Source: Eledone cirrhosa (taxonomy: Eukaryota). From it: 64,000 bases of DNA. The stretch is taken from contig OZ024740.1 in NCBI GenBank assembly GCA_964016885.1, positions 421,476,001 to 421,540,000 on the forward strand, written 5' to 3'. Below are positions 18,001 through 30,987 of the stretch, piece by piece; within the stretch, counting starts at the first letter, position 1; every line of letters starts with the position of its first letter. The notes below the pieces were generated by a model. It was not told where the DNA came from, made no database searches, and was given only the letters and a program-made list of their open reading frames with translations. The translations under genes were made by a program, and so were the position numbers.

Positions 18001-21000
18001 ATCTAGAGACATGTACGAACAACAGTACCACATCTAGAGATATGTACTACTGACAGTACGACATCTAGAGATATGTACTACTGACAGTACCACATCTAGA
18101 GATATGTATTACTGACAGTACCACATCTAGAGATATGTACTACCAACAGTACCTCATCTAGAGATATGTACTACCAGCAGTACCACATCTAGAGATATGT
18201 ACTACCAACGGTACCACATCTAGAGATATGTACTACCAACAGTACCACATCTAGAGATATGTACTACTGAATGTACCACATCTAGAGATATGTACTACCA
18301 ACAGTACCACATCTAGAGATATGTACTACTGGCAGTACCACATCTCGAGATATATACCAACAACAATCCCACATCTAGACATATGTACTACCAACTGTAC
18401 CACATCTAGAGATATGTACTACTGAATGTACCACATCTAGAGATATGTACTACCAACAGTACCACATCTAGAGATATGTACTACTGACAGTACCACATCT
18501 AGAAATATGTACCAACAACAGTACCACATCAAGAGATATGTACTACCAACAGTACCACATTTAGAGATATGTACTACTGACAGTACCACATCTAGAGATA
18601 TGTATTACTGACAGTACCACATCTAGAGATATGTACTACCAACAGTACCTCATCTAGAGATATGTACTACTGACAGTACCACATCTAGAGATATGTACTA
18701 CCAACAGTACCACATTTAGAGATATGTACTACTGACAGTACCACATCTAGAGACATGTACGAACAACAGTACCACATCTAGAGATATGTACCACTGAAAG
18801 TACCACATCTAGAGATATGTACTACCAACGGTACCACATCTAGAGATATGTACTACCAACAGTACCACATCTAGAGATATGTACTACTGGCAGTACCACA
18901 TCTAGAGATATATACCAACAACAATCCCACATCTAGAGATATGTACTACCAACTGTACCACATTTAGAGATATGTACTACTGATTTACCACATCTAGAGA
19001 TATGTACCACTGACAGTACCACATCTAGAGATATGTACCAACAACAGTACCACATCAATAGATATGTACTACCAACAGTACCACATTTAGAGATATGTAC
19101 TACTGACAGTACCACATCTAGAGATATGTACTACTGACAGTACCACATCTAGAGATATGTACTACCAACAGTACCTCATCTAGAGATATGTACTACCAGC
19201 AGTACCACATCTAGAGATATGTACTACCAACGGTACAACGTCTAGAGATATGTACTACCAACAGTACCACATCTAGAGATATGTACTACCAGCAGTACCA
19301 CATCTAGAGATATGTACCAGACAGTACCACATCTAGAGATATGTACTACCGACGGTACCACATCTAGAGATATGTACTACTGACAATACCACATCTAGAG
19401 ATATGTACTACTGACAGTACCACATCTAGAGATATGTACTACCAACAGTATCACATCTAGAGATATGTACTACCAACAGTACCACATTATGAGACATCTA
19501 CCAACAGTACCACATCTAGACATAAGTACTACTGACAGTACCACATCTAGAGATATGTACTACCAACAGTACCACATCTAGAGATATGTACTACCGACGG
19601 TACCACATCTAGAGATATGTACTACTGACAGAACTACATCTAGAGATATGTACTACTGACAGTACCACATCTAGAGATATGTACTACTGACAGTACCACA
19701 TCTAGAGATATGTACTACCAACAGTATCACATCTAGAGATATGTACTACTGACAGTATCACATCTAGAGATATGTACTACTGACAGTACCACATCTAGAG
19801 ATATGTACTACCAACAGTACCACATCTAGAGATAAGTACTACTGACAGTACCACATCTAGAGATATGTACTACCAACAGTACCACATCTAGAGATATGTA
19901 CTACTGACAGTACGACATCTAGAGATATGTACTACTAACAGTACCACATCTAGAGATATGTACTACTGACAGTATCACATCTAGAGATATGTACTACTGA
20001 CAGTACCACATCTAGAGATATGTACTACTGACAGTATCACATCTAGAGATATGTACTACTGACAGTACCACATCTACAGATATGTACTACCAATTGTACC
20101 ACATCTAGAGATATGTACTACCAACAGTACCACATCTAGAGATATGTACTACCAGCAGTACCACATCTAGAGATATGTACTAACAACAGTAACACATTTA
20201 GAGATATGTACTACTGACAGTACCACATCTAGAGATATGTACTACTGACAGTACCACATCTAGAGATATGTACTACCAACAGTATCACATCTAGAGATAT
20301 GTACTACTGACAGTATCACATCTAGAGATATGTACTACTGACAGTACCACATCTAGAGATATGTACTACCAACGGTACCACATCTAGAGATATGTACTAC
20401 CAACAGTGGCACATCTAGAGATATGTACTACTGACAGTACCACATCTAGAGATATGTACTACCCACGGTACCACATCTAGAGATATGTACTACTGACAGA
20501 ACCACATCTAGAGATATGTACTACCAACAGAACCACATCTAGAGATATGTACTACCAACAGTACCACATCTAGAGATATGTACTACCAACTGTAACACAT
20601 TTAGAGATATGTACTACCAACAGTACCACATCTAGAGATATGTACTACCAGCAGTACCACATCTAGAGATATGTACTACTGAAAGTACACATCTAGAGAT
20701 ATGTACTACCAACAGTACCACATCAAGAGACATGTACCAACAACAGTACCACATCTAGAGATATGTAGTACTGACAAAACCACATCTAGAGATATGTACT
20801 ACTGACGGTACCACATCTAGAGATATGAACTCCTGACAGTACCACATCTAGAGATATGTACTACCAACAGTACCACATTTAGAGATATGTACTGCCAACA
20901 GTACCACATCGAGAGATATGTACTACTGACAGTACCACATCCAGAGATATGTACTACCAACAGTACCACATTTAGAGATATGTACTACTGACAGTACCAC

Positions 21001-24000
21001 ATCTAGAGACATGTACCAACACCAGTACCACATCTAGATATATGTACTACTGAAAGTACCACATGTAGAGATATGTACTACCAACAGTACCACATCTAGA
21101 GATATGTATCAACAACAGTACCACATCTAGAGATATGTACTACCAACAGTATCACATCTAGAGATATGTACCACTGACAGTACCACATCTAGAGATATGT
21201 ACTACTGACAAAACCACATCTAGATATATGTACTACCAACAGTACCACATCTAGACATATGTACTCCTGACAGTACCACATCTACAGATATGTACTACCA
21301 ACAGTACCACATCTAGAGATATGTACTACTGGCAGTACCACATCTAGAGATATGTACTACTGACAGTACCACATCTAGAGATATGTACTACCAACAGTAT
21401 CACATCTAGAGATATGTACTACTGACAGTATCACATCTAGAGATATGTACTACTGACAGTATCACATCTAGAGATATGTACCACTGACAGTACCACATCT
21501 AGAGATATGTACTACTGACAGTATCACATCTAGAGATATGTACTACTGACAGTACCACATCTACAGATATGTACTACTGACAGTACCACATCTAGAGATA
21601 TGTACTACCAATTGTACCACATCTAGAGATATGTACTACCAACAGTACCACATCTAGAGATATGTACTACCAGCAGTACCACATCTAGAGATATGTACTA
21701 CCAACAGTACCACATTTAGAGATATGTACTACTGACAGTACCACATCTAGAGACATGTACGAACAACAGTACCACATCTAGAGATATGTACTACTGACAG
21801 TACGACATCTAGAGATATGTACTACTGACAGTACCACATCTAGAGATATGTATTACTGACAGTACCACATCTAGAGATATGTACTACCAACAGTACCTCA
21901 TCTAGAGATATGTACTACCAGCAGTACCACATCTAGAGATATGTACTACCAACGGTACCACATCTAGAGATATGTACTACCAACAGTACCACATCTAGAG
22001 ATATGTACTACTGAAAGTACCACATCTAGAGATATGTACTACCAACAGTACCACATCTAGAGATATGTACTACTGGCAGTACCACATCTTGAGATATATA
22101 CCAACAACAATCCCACATCTAGACATATGTACTACCAACTGTACCACATCTAGAGATATGTACTACTGAATGTACCACATCTAGAGATATGTACTACCAA
22201 CAGTACCACATCTAGAGATATGTACTACTGACAGTACCACATCTAGAAATATGTACCAACAACAGTACCACATCAAGAGATATGTACTACCAACAGTACC
22301 ACATTTAGAGATATGTACTACTGACAGTACCACATCTAGAGATATGTATTACTGACAGTACCACATCTAGAGATATGTACTACCAACAGTACCTCATCTA
22401 GAGATATGTACTACTGACAGTACCACATCTAGAGATATGTACTACCAACAGTACCACATTTAGAGATATGTACTACTGACAGTACCACATCTAGAGACAT
22501 GTACGAACAACAGTACCACATCTAGAGATATGTACCACTGAAAGTACCACATCTAGAGATATGTACTACCAACGGTACCACATCTAGAGATATGTACTAC
22601 CAACAGTACCACATCTAGAGATATGTACTACTGGCAGTACCACATCTAGAGATATATACCAACAACAATCCCACATCTAGAGATATGTACTACCAACTGT
22701 ACCACATTTAGAGATATGTACTACTGATTTACCACATCTAGAGATATGTACTACTGACAGTACCACATCTAGAGATATGTACCAACAACAGTACCACATC
22801 AATAGATATGTACTACCAACAGTACCACATTTAGAGATATGTACTACTGACAGTACCACATCTAGAGATATGTACTACTGACAGTACCACATCTAGAGAT
22901 ATGTACTACCAACAGTACCTCATCTAGAGATATGTACTACCAGCAGTACCACATCTAGAGATATGTACTACCAACGGTACAACGTCTAGAGATATGTACT
23001 ACCAACAGTACCACATCTAGAGATATGTACTACCAGCAGTACCACATCTAGAGATATGTACCAGACAGTACCACATCTAGAGATATGTACTACCGACGGT
23101 ACCACATCTAGAGATATGTACTACTGACAATACCACATCTAGAGATATGTACTACTGACAGTACCACATCTAGAGATATGTACTACCAACAGTATCACAT
23201 CTAGAGATATGTACTACCAACAGTACCACATTATGAGACATCTACCAACAGTACCACATCTAGACATACGTACTACTGACAGTACCACATCTAGAGATAT
23301 GTACTACCAACAGTACCACATCTAGAGATATGTACTACCGACGGTACCACATCTAGAGATATGTACTACTGACAGAACTACATCTAGAGATATGTACTAC
23401 TGACAGTACCACATCTAGAGATATGTACTACTGACAGTACCACATCTAGAGATATGTACTACCAACAGTATCACATCTAGAGATATGTACTACTGACAAT
23501 ATCACATCTAGAGATATGTACTACTGACAGTACCACATCTAGAGATATGTACTACCAACAGTACCACATCTAGAGATAAGTACTACTGACAGTACCACAT
23601 CTAGAGATATGTACTACCAACAGTACCACATCTAGAGATATGTACTACTGACAGTACGACATCTAGAGATATGTACTACTAACAGTACCACATCTAGAGA
23701 TATGTACTACTGACAGTATCACATCTAGAGATATGTACTACTGACAGTACCACATCTAGAGATATGTACTACTGACAGTATCACATCTAGAGATATGTAC
23801 TACTGACAGTACCACATCTACAGATATGTACTACCAATTGTACCACATCTAGAGATATGTACTACCAACAGTACCACATCTAGAGATATGTACTACCAGC
23901 AGTACCACATCTAGAGATATGTACTAACAACAGTAACACATTTAGAGATATGTACTACTGACAGTACCACATCTAGAGACATGTACGAACAACAGTACCA

Positions 24001-27000
24001 CATCTAGAGATATGTACCACTGAAAGTACCACATCTAGAGATATGTACTACCAACGGTACCACATCTAGAGATATGTACTACCAACAGTACCACATCTAG
24101 AGATATGTACTACTGACAGTACCACATCTAGAGATATGTACCAACAACAGTACCACATCAAGAGATATGTACCACCAACAGTACCACATTTAGAGATATG
24201 TACTACTGACAGTACCACATCTAGAGATATGTACCAACAACAGTACCACATCAAGAGATATGTACCACCAACCATACCACATCTAGAGATATGTACTACT
24301 GACAGTACCACATCTAGAGATATGTACTACCAACAGAACCACATCTAGAGATATGTACTACCAACAGTACCACATCTAGAGATATGTACTACCAGCAGTA
24401 CCACATCTAGAGATATGTACTACCAACGGTACCACATCTAGAGATATGTACTACCAACAGTGGCACATCTAGAGATATGTACTACTGACAGTACCACATC
24501 TAGAGATATGTACTACCCACGGTACCACATCTAGAGATATGTACTACTGACAGAACCACATCTAGAGATATGTACTACCAACAGAACCACATCTAGAGAT
24601 ATGTACTACCAACAGTACCACATCTAGAGATATGTGCTACCAACTGTAACACATTTAGAGATATGTACTACCAACAGTACCACATCTAGAGATATGTACT
24701 ACCAGCAGTACCACATCTAGAGATATGTACTACTGAAAGTACACATCTAGAGATATGTACTACCAACAGTACCACATCAAGAGACATGTACCAACAACAG
24801 TACTGCATCTAGAGATATGTAGTACTGACAAAACCACATCTAGAGATATGTACTACTGACGGTACCACATCTAGAGATATGAACTCCTGACAGTACCACA
24901 TCTAGAGATATGTACTACCAACAGTACCACATTTAGAGATATGTACTACCAACAGTACCACATCGAGAGATATGTACTACTGACAGTACCACATCCAGAG
25001 ATATGTACTACCAACAGTACCACATTTAGAGATATGTACTACTGACAGTACCACATCTAGAGACATGTACCAACACCAGTACCACATCTAGATATATGTA
25101 CTACTGAAAGTACCACATGTAGAGATATGTACTACCAACAGTACCACATCTAGAGATATGTATCAACAACAGTACCACATCTAGAGATATGTACTACCAA
25201 CAGTATCACATCTAGAGATATGTACCACTGACAGTACCACATCTAGAGATATGTACTACTGACAAAACCACATCTAGATATATGTACTACCAACAGTACC
25301 ACATCTAGACATATGTATCAACAACAGTACCACATCTACAGATATGTACTACCAACAGTACCACATCTAGAGATATGTACTACTGGCAGTACCACATCTA
25401 GAGATATGTACTACTGACAGTACCACATCTAGAGATATGTACTACCAACAGAACCACATCTAGAGATATGTACCAACAACAGTACCACATTTAGAGATAT
25501 GTACAACCAACAGTACCACATCTAGAGATAGGTACTACTGATAGTACCACATCTAGAGACATGTACCAATAACAGTACCACATCTAGACATATGTACTAC
25601 TGAAAGTACCACATCTATAGATATGTACTACCAACAGTACCACATCTATAGATATGTACCAACAACAGTATGAGATCTAGAGATATCTACTACTGACTAT
25701 CACATCAAGAGACATGTACCAACAACAGTACCACATCTAGAGATATGTACTACTAACAGTACCACATCTAGAGATATGTACTACTGACAGTACCACATCA
25801 AGAGACATGTACCAACAACAGTACCACATCTAGAGATATGTACTACTGACAGTACCACATCTAGAGATACGTACTACCAACAGTACCACATCTAGAGATA
25901 TGTACTACCACAGTACCACATCTAGAGATATGTACTACCTACCAACAGTACCACATCTAGAAACGTGTTCCAGCAGTACCACATCTAGAGATATGTACTA
26001 CTAAAAGTACCACATCTAGAGATATGTACTACTGACAGTACCACATCTAGAGATATGTGCTACTTACAGTACCACATCTAGAGATATGTACTACCAACAG
26101 TACCACATCTAAAGATATGTACTACTGACAGTACCTCATCTAGAGATATGTACCAACAACAGTACCACATCTAGAGATAAGTACTACTGACAGTACCACA
26201 TCTAGAGATACGTACTAACAACAGTACCACATCTAGAGATACGTACTAACAACAGTACCACATCAAGAGATATGTACTACCAACAGTACAACATCTAGAG
26301 ATATGTACTACTGACAGTACCACATCTAGAGATATGTACTACCAACAGTACCACATCTAGAGATATGTACTACTGACAGTACCACATCTAGAGATATGTA
26401 CTACTGACAGTACCACATCTAGACATATGTACTACCAACAGTACCACATCAAGAGACATGTACCAACAATAGTACTACATCTAGAGACATGTACTACCCA
26501 CCAACAGTACCACATCTAGAGATATGTACTACTGAAAGTACCACATATAGAGATACGTACTACTTACAGTACCACATCTATAGATATGTACTACCAATAG
26601 TACCACATTTAGAGATATATACTACTGACAGTACCACATCTAGAAACATGTACCAACAACAGTACCACATCTAGATATATGTACTACTGAAAGTACCACA
26701 TCTAGAGATATGTACTACCAACAGTACCACATTTAGAGATATGTACTACTGACAGTACCACATCTAGAGACATGTACCAACAACAGTACCACATCTAGAG
26801 ATATGTACTACTGACAGTACCACATCTAGAGATATGTACTACCAACAGTATCACATCTAGTGATATGTACTACTGACAGTGCCACATCTATAGACATGTA
26901 CAAACAAAGTACTACATCAAGAGATATGTACTAACAGTACCACATCTAGGGATATGTACTACCAACAGTACCACATCTAGAGATATGTACTTCTGACAGT

Positions 27001-28570
27001 ACCACATCTAGAGATATGTACTACCAACAGTACCACATCTAGAGATATGTACTACCAACAGTACCACATCTAGAAACATGTACCAGCACTACCACATCTA
27101 GAGATATGTACTACTGAAAGTACCACATCTAGAGATATGTACTACCAACAGTACCACATCTAGAGATATGTAATACTGACAGTACCACATCTAGAGATAT
27201 GTACCAACAACAGTACCACATCTAGAGATATGTACTACCAACAGTACCACATCTAGAGATATGTACCAGTGACAGTACCACATCTAGAGATATGTACTAC
27301 CAACAGTACCACATTTAGAGATATGTACTACTGACAGTACCACATCTAGAGACATGTACCAACAACAGTACCACATCTAGAGATATGTACTACCAACAGT
27401 ACCACATCTAGAGATATTTACTACTGACAGTACCACATCTAGAGATATATACCAACAACAGTTCCACATCTAGAGATATGTACTACCAACAGTACCACAT
27501 CTAGAGACATGTGCGAACAACAGTACCACATCTAGAGATATGTACTACTGACAGTACCACCTCTAGAGATATGTACTACTGAATGTACCACATCTAGAGA
27601 TATGTACTACCAACAGTACCACATCTAGAGATATGTACTACTGACAGTACAACATCTATAGATATGTACCAACAACAGTACCACATCAAGAGATATGTAC
27701 TACCAACAGTACCACATTTAGAGATATGTACTACTGACAGTACCACATTTAGAGACATGTACCAACAACAGTACCACATCTAGAGATATGTACTACTGAA
27801 AGAACTACATCTAGAGATATGTACTACCAACAGTACTAGATCTAGAGATATGTACAACTGACAGTACCACATCTAGAGATATGTACTACCAGCAGTACCA
27901 CATCTAGAGATATGTACTACCAACGGTACCACATCCAGAGATATGTACTACCAACAGTACCACATCTAGATATCTGTACTACCAGCAGTACCACATCTAG
28001 AGATATGTACTACTGAAAGTACCACATCTAGAGATATGTACTACCAACAGTACCACATTATGAGACATGTACCAACAGTACCATATCTAGAGATATGTAC
28101 TACCAACAGTACCACATCTAGAGATATGTACCACTGACAGTACCACATCTAGAGATATGTACTACCAACAGTACCACATCTAGAGATATGTACTACTGAC
28201 AGAACCACATCTAGAGATATGTACTACCAACAGAACCACATCTAGAGATATGTACTACCAACAGAACCACATCTAGAGATATGTACTACCAACAGTACCA
28301 CATCTAGAGATATGTACTACTGACAGAACCACATCTAGTGATATGTACTACTGACAGTACCACATCTAGAGATATGTACTACCAACAGTACCACATCTAG
28401 AGACATGTACCAACAATACCACATCTAGAGATATGTACTACCAACAGTACCACATCTAGAGATATGTACTACCAACAGTACCACATCTAGAGATATGTAC
28501 CAACAGTACCACATATAGAGATATGTACCAACAGTACCACATCTAGAGGCACATACCAACAGGGCCACAG
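1..28570. repeat. Satellite array A, 31-bp monomer (consensus CTAGAGATATGTACTAC[TG/CA]ACAGTACCACAT), about 920 copies, continuing off the left edge
   Basis: Direct tandem periodicity of 31 bp. Most monomers have one XbaI site (TCTAGA) and two GTAC sites. Occasional 24-35 bp length variants. The array decays at ...ATCTAGAGGCACATACCAACAGGGCCACAG near 28541-28570. Confidence 0.99.
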
Positions 28571-28715
28571 CATCTTATAAGATATAATCAATCAATCAAA
28601 TCAATCAACAAGATCCCAGACCTCCTCAAATTTGACCAATAGAGAATCATTTATTGATCTTTACATTGTTGATACTATCTACTGGTTGCAACTTCTGACA
28701 GAAGGACCAACTTGA

Positions 28716-28820
28716 AATAAAGTGTCTTGCTCAAGGACATAAGCAATCATTCAGTCTGGGAATTGAGCTCGCAAACATGAGGTTGTGAATCCAATTCTCT
28801 AACCACTCGGCCACACACCT
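28716..28820 (-). mobile_element. tRNA-derived SINE 5' fragment (CORE-like)
   Basis: The minus strand reads AGGTGTGTGGCCGAGTGGTTAGAG (Pol III A box-like), then GAGCTCAATTCC (degenerate B box), then GTCCTTGAGCAAGACACTT (CORE-like motif). Similar to the copy at 37066. Confidence 0.7.
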
Positions 28821-28885
28821 TCACATAAGATATAACAGAATAGAAGTACAATTTGTTGCTGTTTATTGTTTTATTATTAGATCCT

Positions 28886-29107
28886 GGGCTGTGGAATGTC
28901 AGTATCGGTAGAGAATCAGACACCATGTTTTGTAGCATAGTGTTCCGGCCCTTTATGATCTGAGTTCAAATCCTGCCGAGGTTAACTTTGCCTTTCATCC
29001 TTACGAGGTCGATAAAATAAAGTACCAGTAATGCACTTGAGTCGGTTTAATCGACTTTCTCGTCCCCCAAAATTGCTGGCCTTGTGCCTATACTAGAAAT
29101 AAATATT
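28886..29107 (+). mobile_element. tRNA-derived SINE, family 2, near full length
   Basis: Degenerate tRNA-like head with B box GAGTTCAAATCC, a central domain GTTAACTTTGCCTTTCATCCTTACGAGGTCGATAAAATAAAGTACCAG and a tail AATTGCTGGCCTTGTGCC. Six related copies are present in the island. Confidence 0.85.
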
Positions 29108-29109
29108 AG

Positions 29110-29235
29110 ATCCTGCCATGGTTAACTTTGCCTTTCATCCTAACCCCTGTCAATAAAATAAAGTACCAGTAACACACTGGGGTCAATTTAATCGACTTTC
29201 TCCTCTCCTTGTATCTAAATTAGAAAGATTTATTA
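29110..29235 (+). mobile_element. SINE family 2, 5'-truncated copy in tandem
   Basis: Repeats GGTTAACTTTGCCTTTCATCCT...ATAAAATAAAGTACCAGTAA...TTTAATCGACTTTCTC from the preceding copy. Confidence 0.8.
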
Positions 29236-29247
29236 GATGCTGTTTAA

Positions 29248-29680
29248 GGGCAGTGGATTGGCAGTATCAGTAGAGCAGTGGACATGCTTTGTGGCATAGA
29301 GTTACGTCCCTTTGCGTTCTCAGTTCAAATCCCGCTGAGGTTAACTTTGCCTTTCATCCTTACTGGGTCAATAAAATAAAGTACCAGTAATGCACTGGAG
29401 TTGGTTTAACCCTTTAACATTTACATTACTCTATATTTACTATTATATTTTCACAGTAAAGGCTTTATCTCACATAATATTGAATCTACAAAATTTTGAT
29501 CTTATTTATTTTGAGAACAATACCTTAACGTCAGTATAAGTGGCTGGTTATGACTGGTTTCAACAGAGAGAGGCGAGAGAATTATGACCAAATACGGCTG
29601 GTTTCAATGCTAAAGGGTTAAATCAACTTTATCCTCCCCAAAAATTGCTGGCCTTGTGCCTAAATCAGAACCTATTATCA
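29248..29680 (+). mobile_element. SINE family 2, interrupted by a MITE at 29410-29617
   Basis: GGGCAGTGGATTGGCAGTATCAGTAGAG...GTTCAAATCCC...central domain. The sequence resumes after the insertion as ATCAACTTTATCCTCCCCAAAAATTGCTGGCCTTGTGCC, colinear with the copy at 28886. Confidence 0.85.
29410..29617. mobile_element. Non-autonomous piggyBac-type MITE (208 bp)
   Basis: TTAA on both sides (29406-29409 and 29618-29621). Termini CCCTTTAACATT...AATGCTAAAGGG form a 12-bp TIR with 1 mismatch. CCC...GGG ends with a TTAA target duplication are piggyBac hallmarks. Confidence 0.85.
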
Positions 29681-29825
29681 GATGTTATTTTATATAAGAA
29701 ATCTAGAGATACATAGACAATCTCTTATATGATATTTGGTTTATTTCAATAAATTAGAGGGAAGAAGGATGTTTATAATGTTTTGAAACGTTCACAGAAT
29801 GGTGAAAGAGGTGTAGCTGATACCG

Positions 29826-30197
29826 TTGATGTTGAGAACTGACCCAGGTTCTACTGCACGTCGGGCTGAGGGGGCCAAACTCCTCAAATACCGGTCGCTC
29901 TCCAACAGGTTTGCGGTTGTTCCCCTGGCAGTGGAAACTTCTGGTGTCCTCGGCCCCAGGGCTACCTCCTTACTCACCACCATAGGCGCTGAGCTGGCCA
30001 GCCGCAGGTGTGAGCCCCGCGAGTTGGAGTGACTTTTCCAGTGCGTCTCCCTTGTCGTCCTCCGGGGAAACGCCTTCTCCATTCTGTCCGCCGGGGCTGT
30101 GGGTGGGCCCCATCGCGTACCAATACATTAGTTAAATACCATTCTTTCATCTCATACAACACAATAAAGACTAAAGTGTTTAAAAAAACCCAAAAAA
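29826..30197 (+). mobile_element. 5'-truncated CRE-clade-like non-LTR retrotransposon (C-terminal restriction-like endonuclease region plus 3' UTR), pseudogenised
   Basis: Translation ARRAEGAKLLKYRSLSNRFAVVPLAVETSGVLGPRA...EPRELE*LFQCVSLVVLRGNAFSIL fits the AE..K..KY / P.AVET.G..G / RGNA..I pattern of CRE-type ORF ends. One in-frame TGA at 30030-30032, a stop at 30129-30131, AATAAA at 30163-30168 and an A-rich end at 30182-30197. Confidence 0.8.
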
Positions 30198-30218
30198 CTG
30201 TACAAGTTATATACATAC

Positions 30219-30300
30219 CTGACCAATCTCTTTCATGTGGGTAGATATACCAACAAAGTACCCGGTGGAAAAACCAACAATGATGTAGCCATCTCCATGC
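30219..30300 (-). CDS. WDR19: WDR19/IFT144 internal coding exon (4th in window, 82 bp): (W)[27 protein letters not shown]
   Basis: Acceptor ttatggcaag|G and donor CAG|gtatgt. The first base completes the TG|G Trp codon from the previous exon. The peptide parallels vertebrate WDR19 [28 protein letters not shown] (recalled). Not in the supplied ORF track. Confidence 0.93.
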
Positions 30301-30439
30301 CTTGCCATAAAATAAATAATATAATATATTAAGGGAGGGGTGGATGGATAAAGGGTTTAATAGGTGGCTGGGGTATATATGGCTGGCTGAGCGGGTGGAT
30401 GTAGGAAGGAATGAATAGATGAGAGGGTGATGGTTGGAA

Positions 30440-30613
30440 AGGTGGATGGATGGGTAGGTGAATGGGTAGGTGGATGGATGGGTGGATGGATGGGTGGATG
30501 GGTGGATGGATGGGTAGGTGGATGAGTGGGTTGGTGGATGGATGGGTGGGTCGATGGGTGGATGGATGGGTGGATGGATGGTTGGGTGGATGGATGGGTA
30601 GGTGGATGGATGG
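30440..30613. repeat. (GGAT/GGGT)n tetranucleotide microsatellite
   Basis: Direct reading: ggtggatggatgggtaggtg... Confidence 0.95.
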
Positions 30614-30700
30614 ACAAAAAATAATGTAACCACTGTTCTCTAACATAGTATGTAAACAAACATGATGTAGGCATAACTGAGAAGATAAAGTTAAGATAAG

Positions 30701-30921
30701 GAATGATGTGGTCATGTGTGGAGTTGCTATAAAATAGGGCGAACACTCTTAAAAGGCAGAGAAAGAAGTTGTTATTGGCCACTTTGAGTAATCAAACCCT
30801 CTATCTATGAGGAATCGAACCCCTTGTAGCAGCCGATGACAACTTCTTTTTATGTTTTTAAGGGTCTTCACCCTATTTTATAAGCTGTTTTATAGCATCT
30901 TCACACATGAGCACACCATTC
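30701..30921. mobile_element. Degenerate foldback or MITE-like element (arms about 80-95 bp)
   Basis: The left arm GAATGATGTGGTCATGTGTGGAGTTGCTATAAAATAGGGCGAACACTCTTAAAA...AAAGAAGTTGTTATTGGC is complementary to the right arm GCCGATGACAACTTCTTTT...TTTTAAGGGTCTTCACCCTATTTTATA...TAGCATCTTCACACATGAGCACACCATTC. Confidence 0.7.
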
Positions 30922-30987
30922 TATATTGGCTGGGTTTTGCTGATTTGGCCAATTTTTAGATGGTACATATCTTTGAACATTATAATA

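Noticed and set aside
2029-27779. Repetitive Cys/Val-rich and Gln/Thr-rich ORFs in array A
   Set aside because: They are translations of the 31-bp monomer (31 aa per 3 units). They open only where point variants remove the TAG in CTAG, and they recur with the HOR.
29701-29711. Isolated ATCTAGAGATA matching array A
   Set aside because: Only 11 nt in AT-rich DNA, which is not enough to call a relic monomer.
29974-30782. His/Pro-rich minus-strand ORFs (219, 128 and 141 aa)
   Set aside because: They are translations of the (ATCC/ACCC)n microsatellite. The 219-aa ORF crosses the real exon in the wrong frame.
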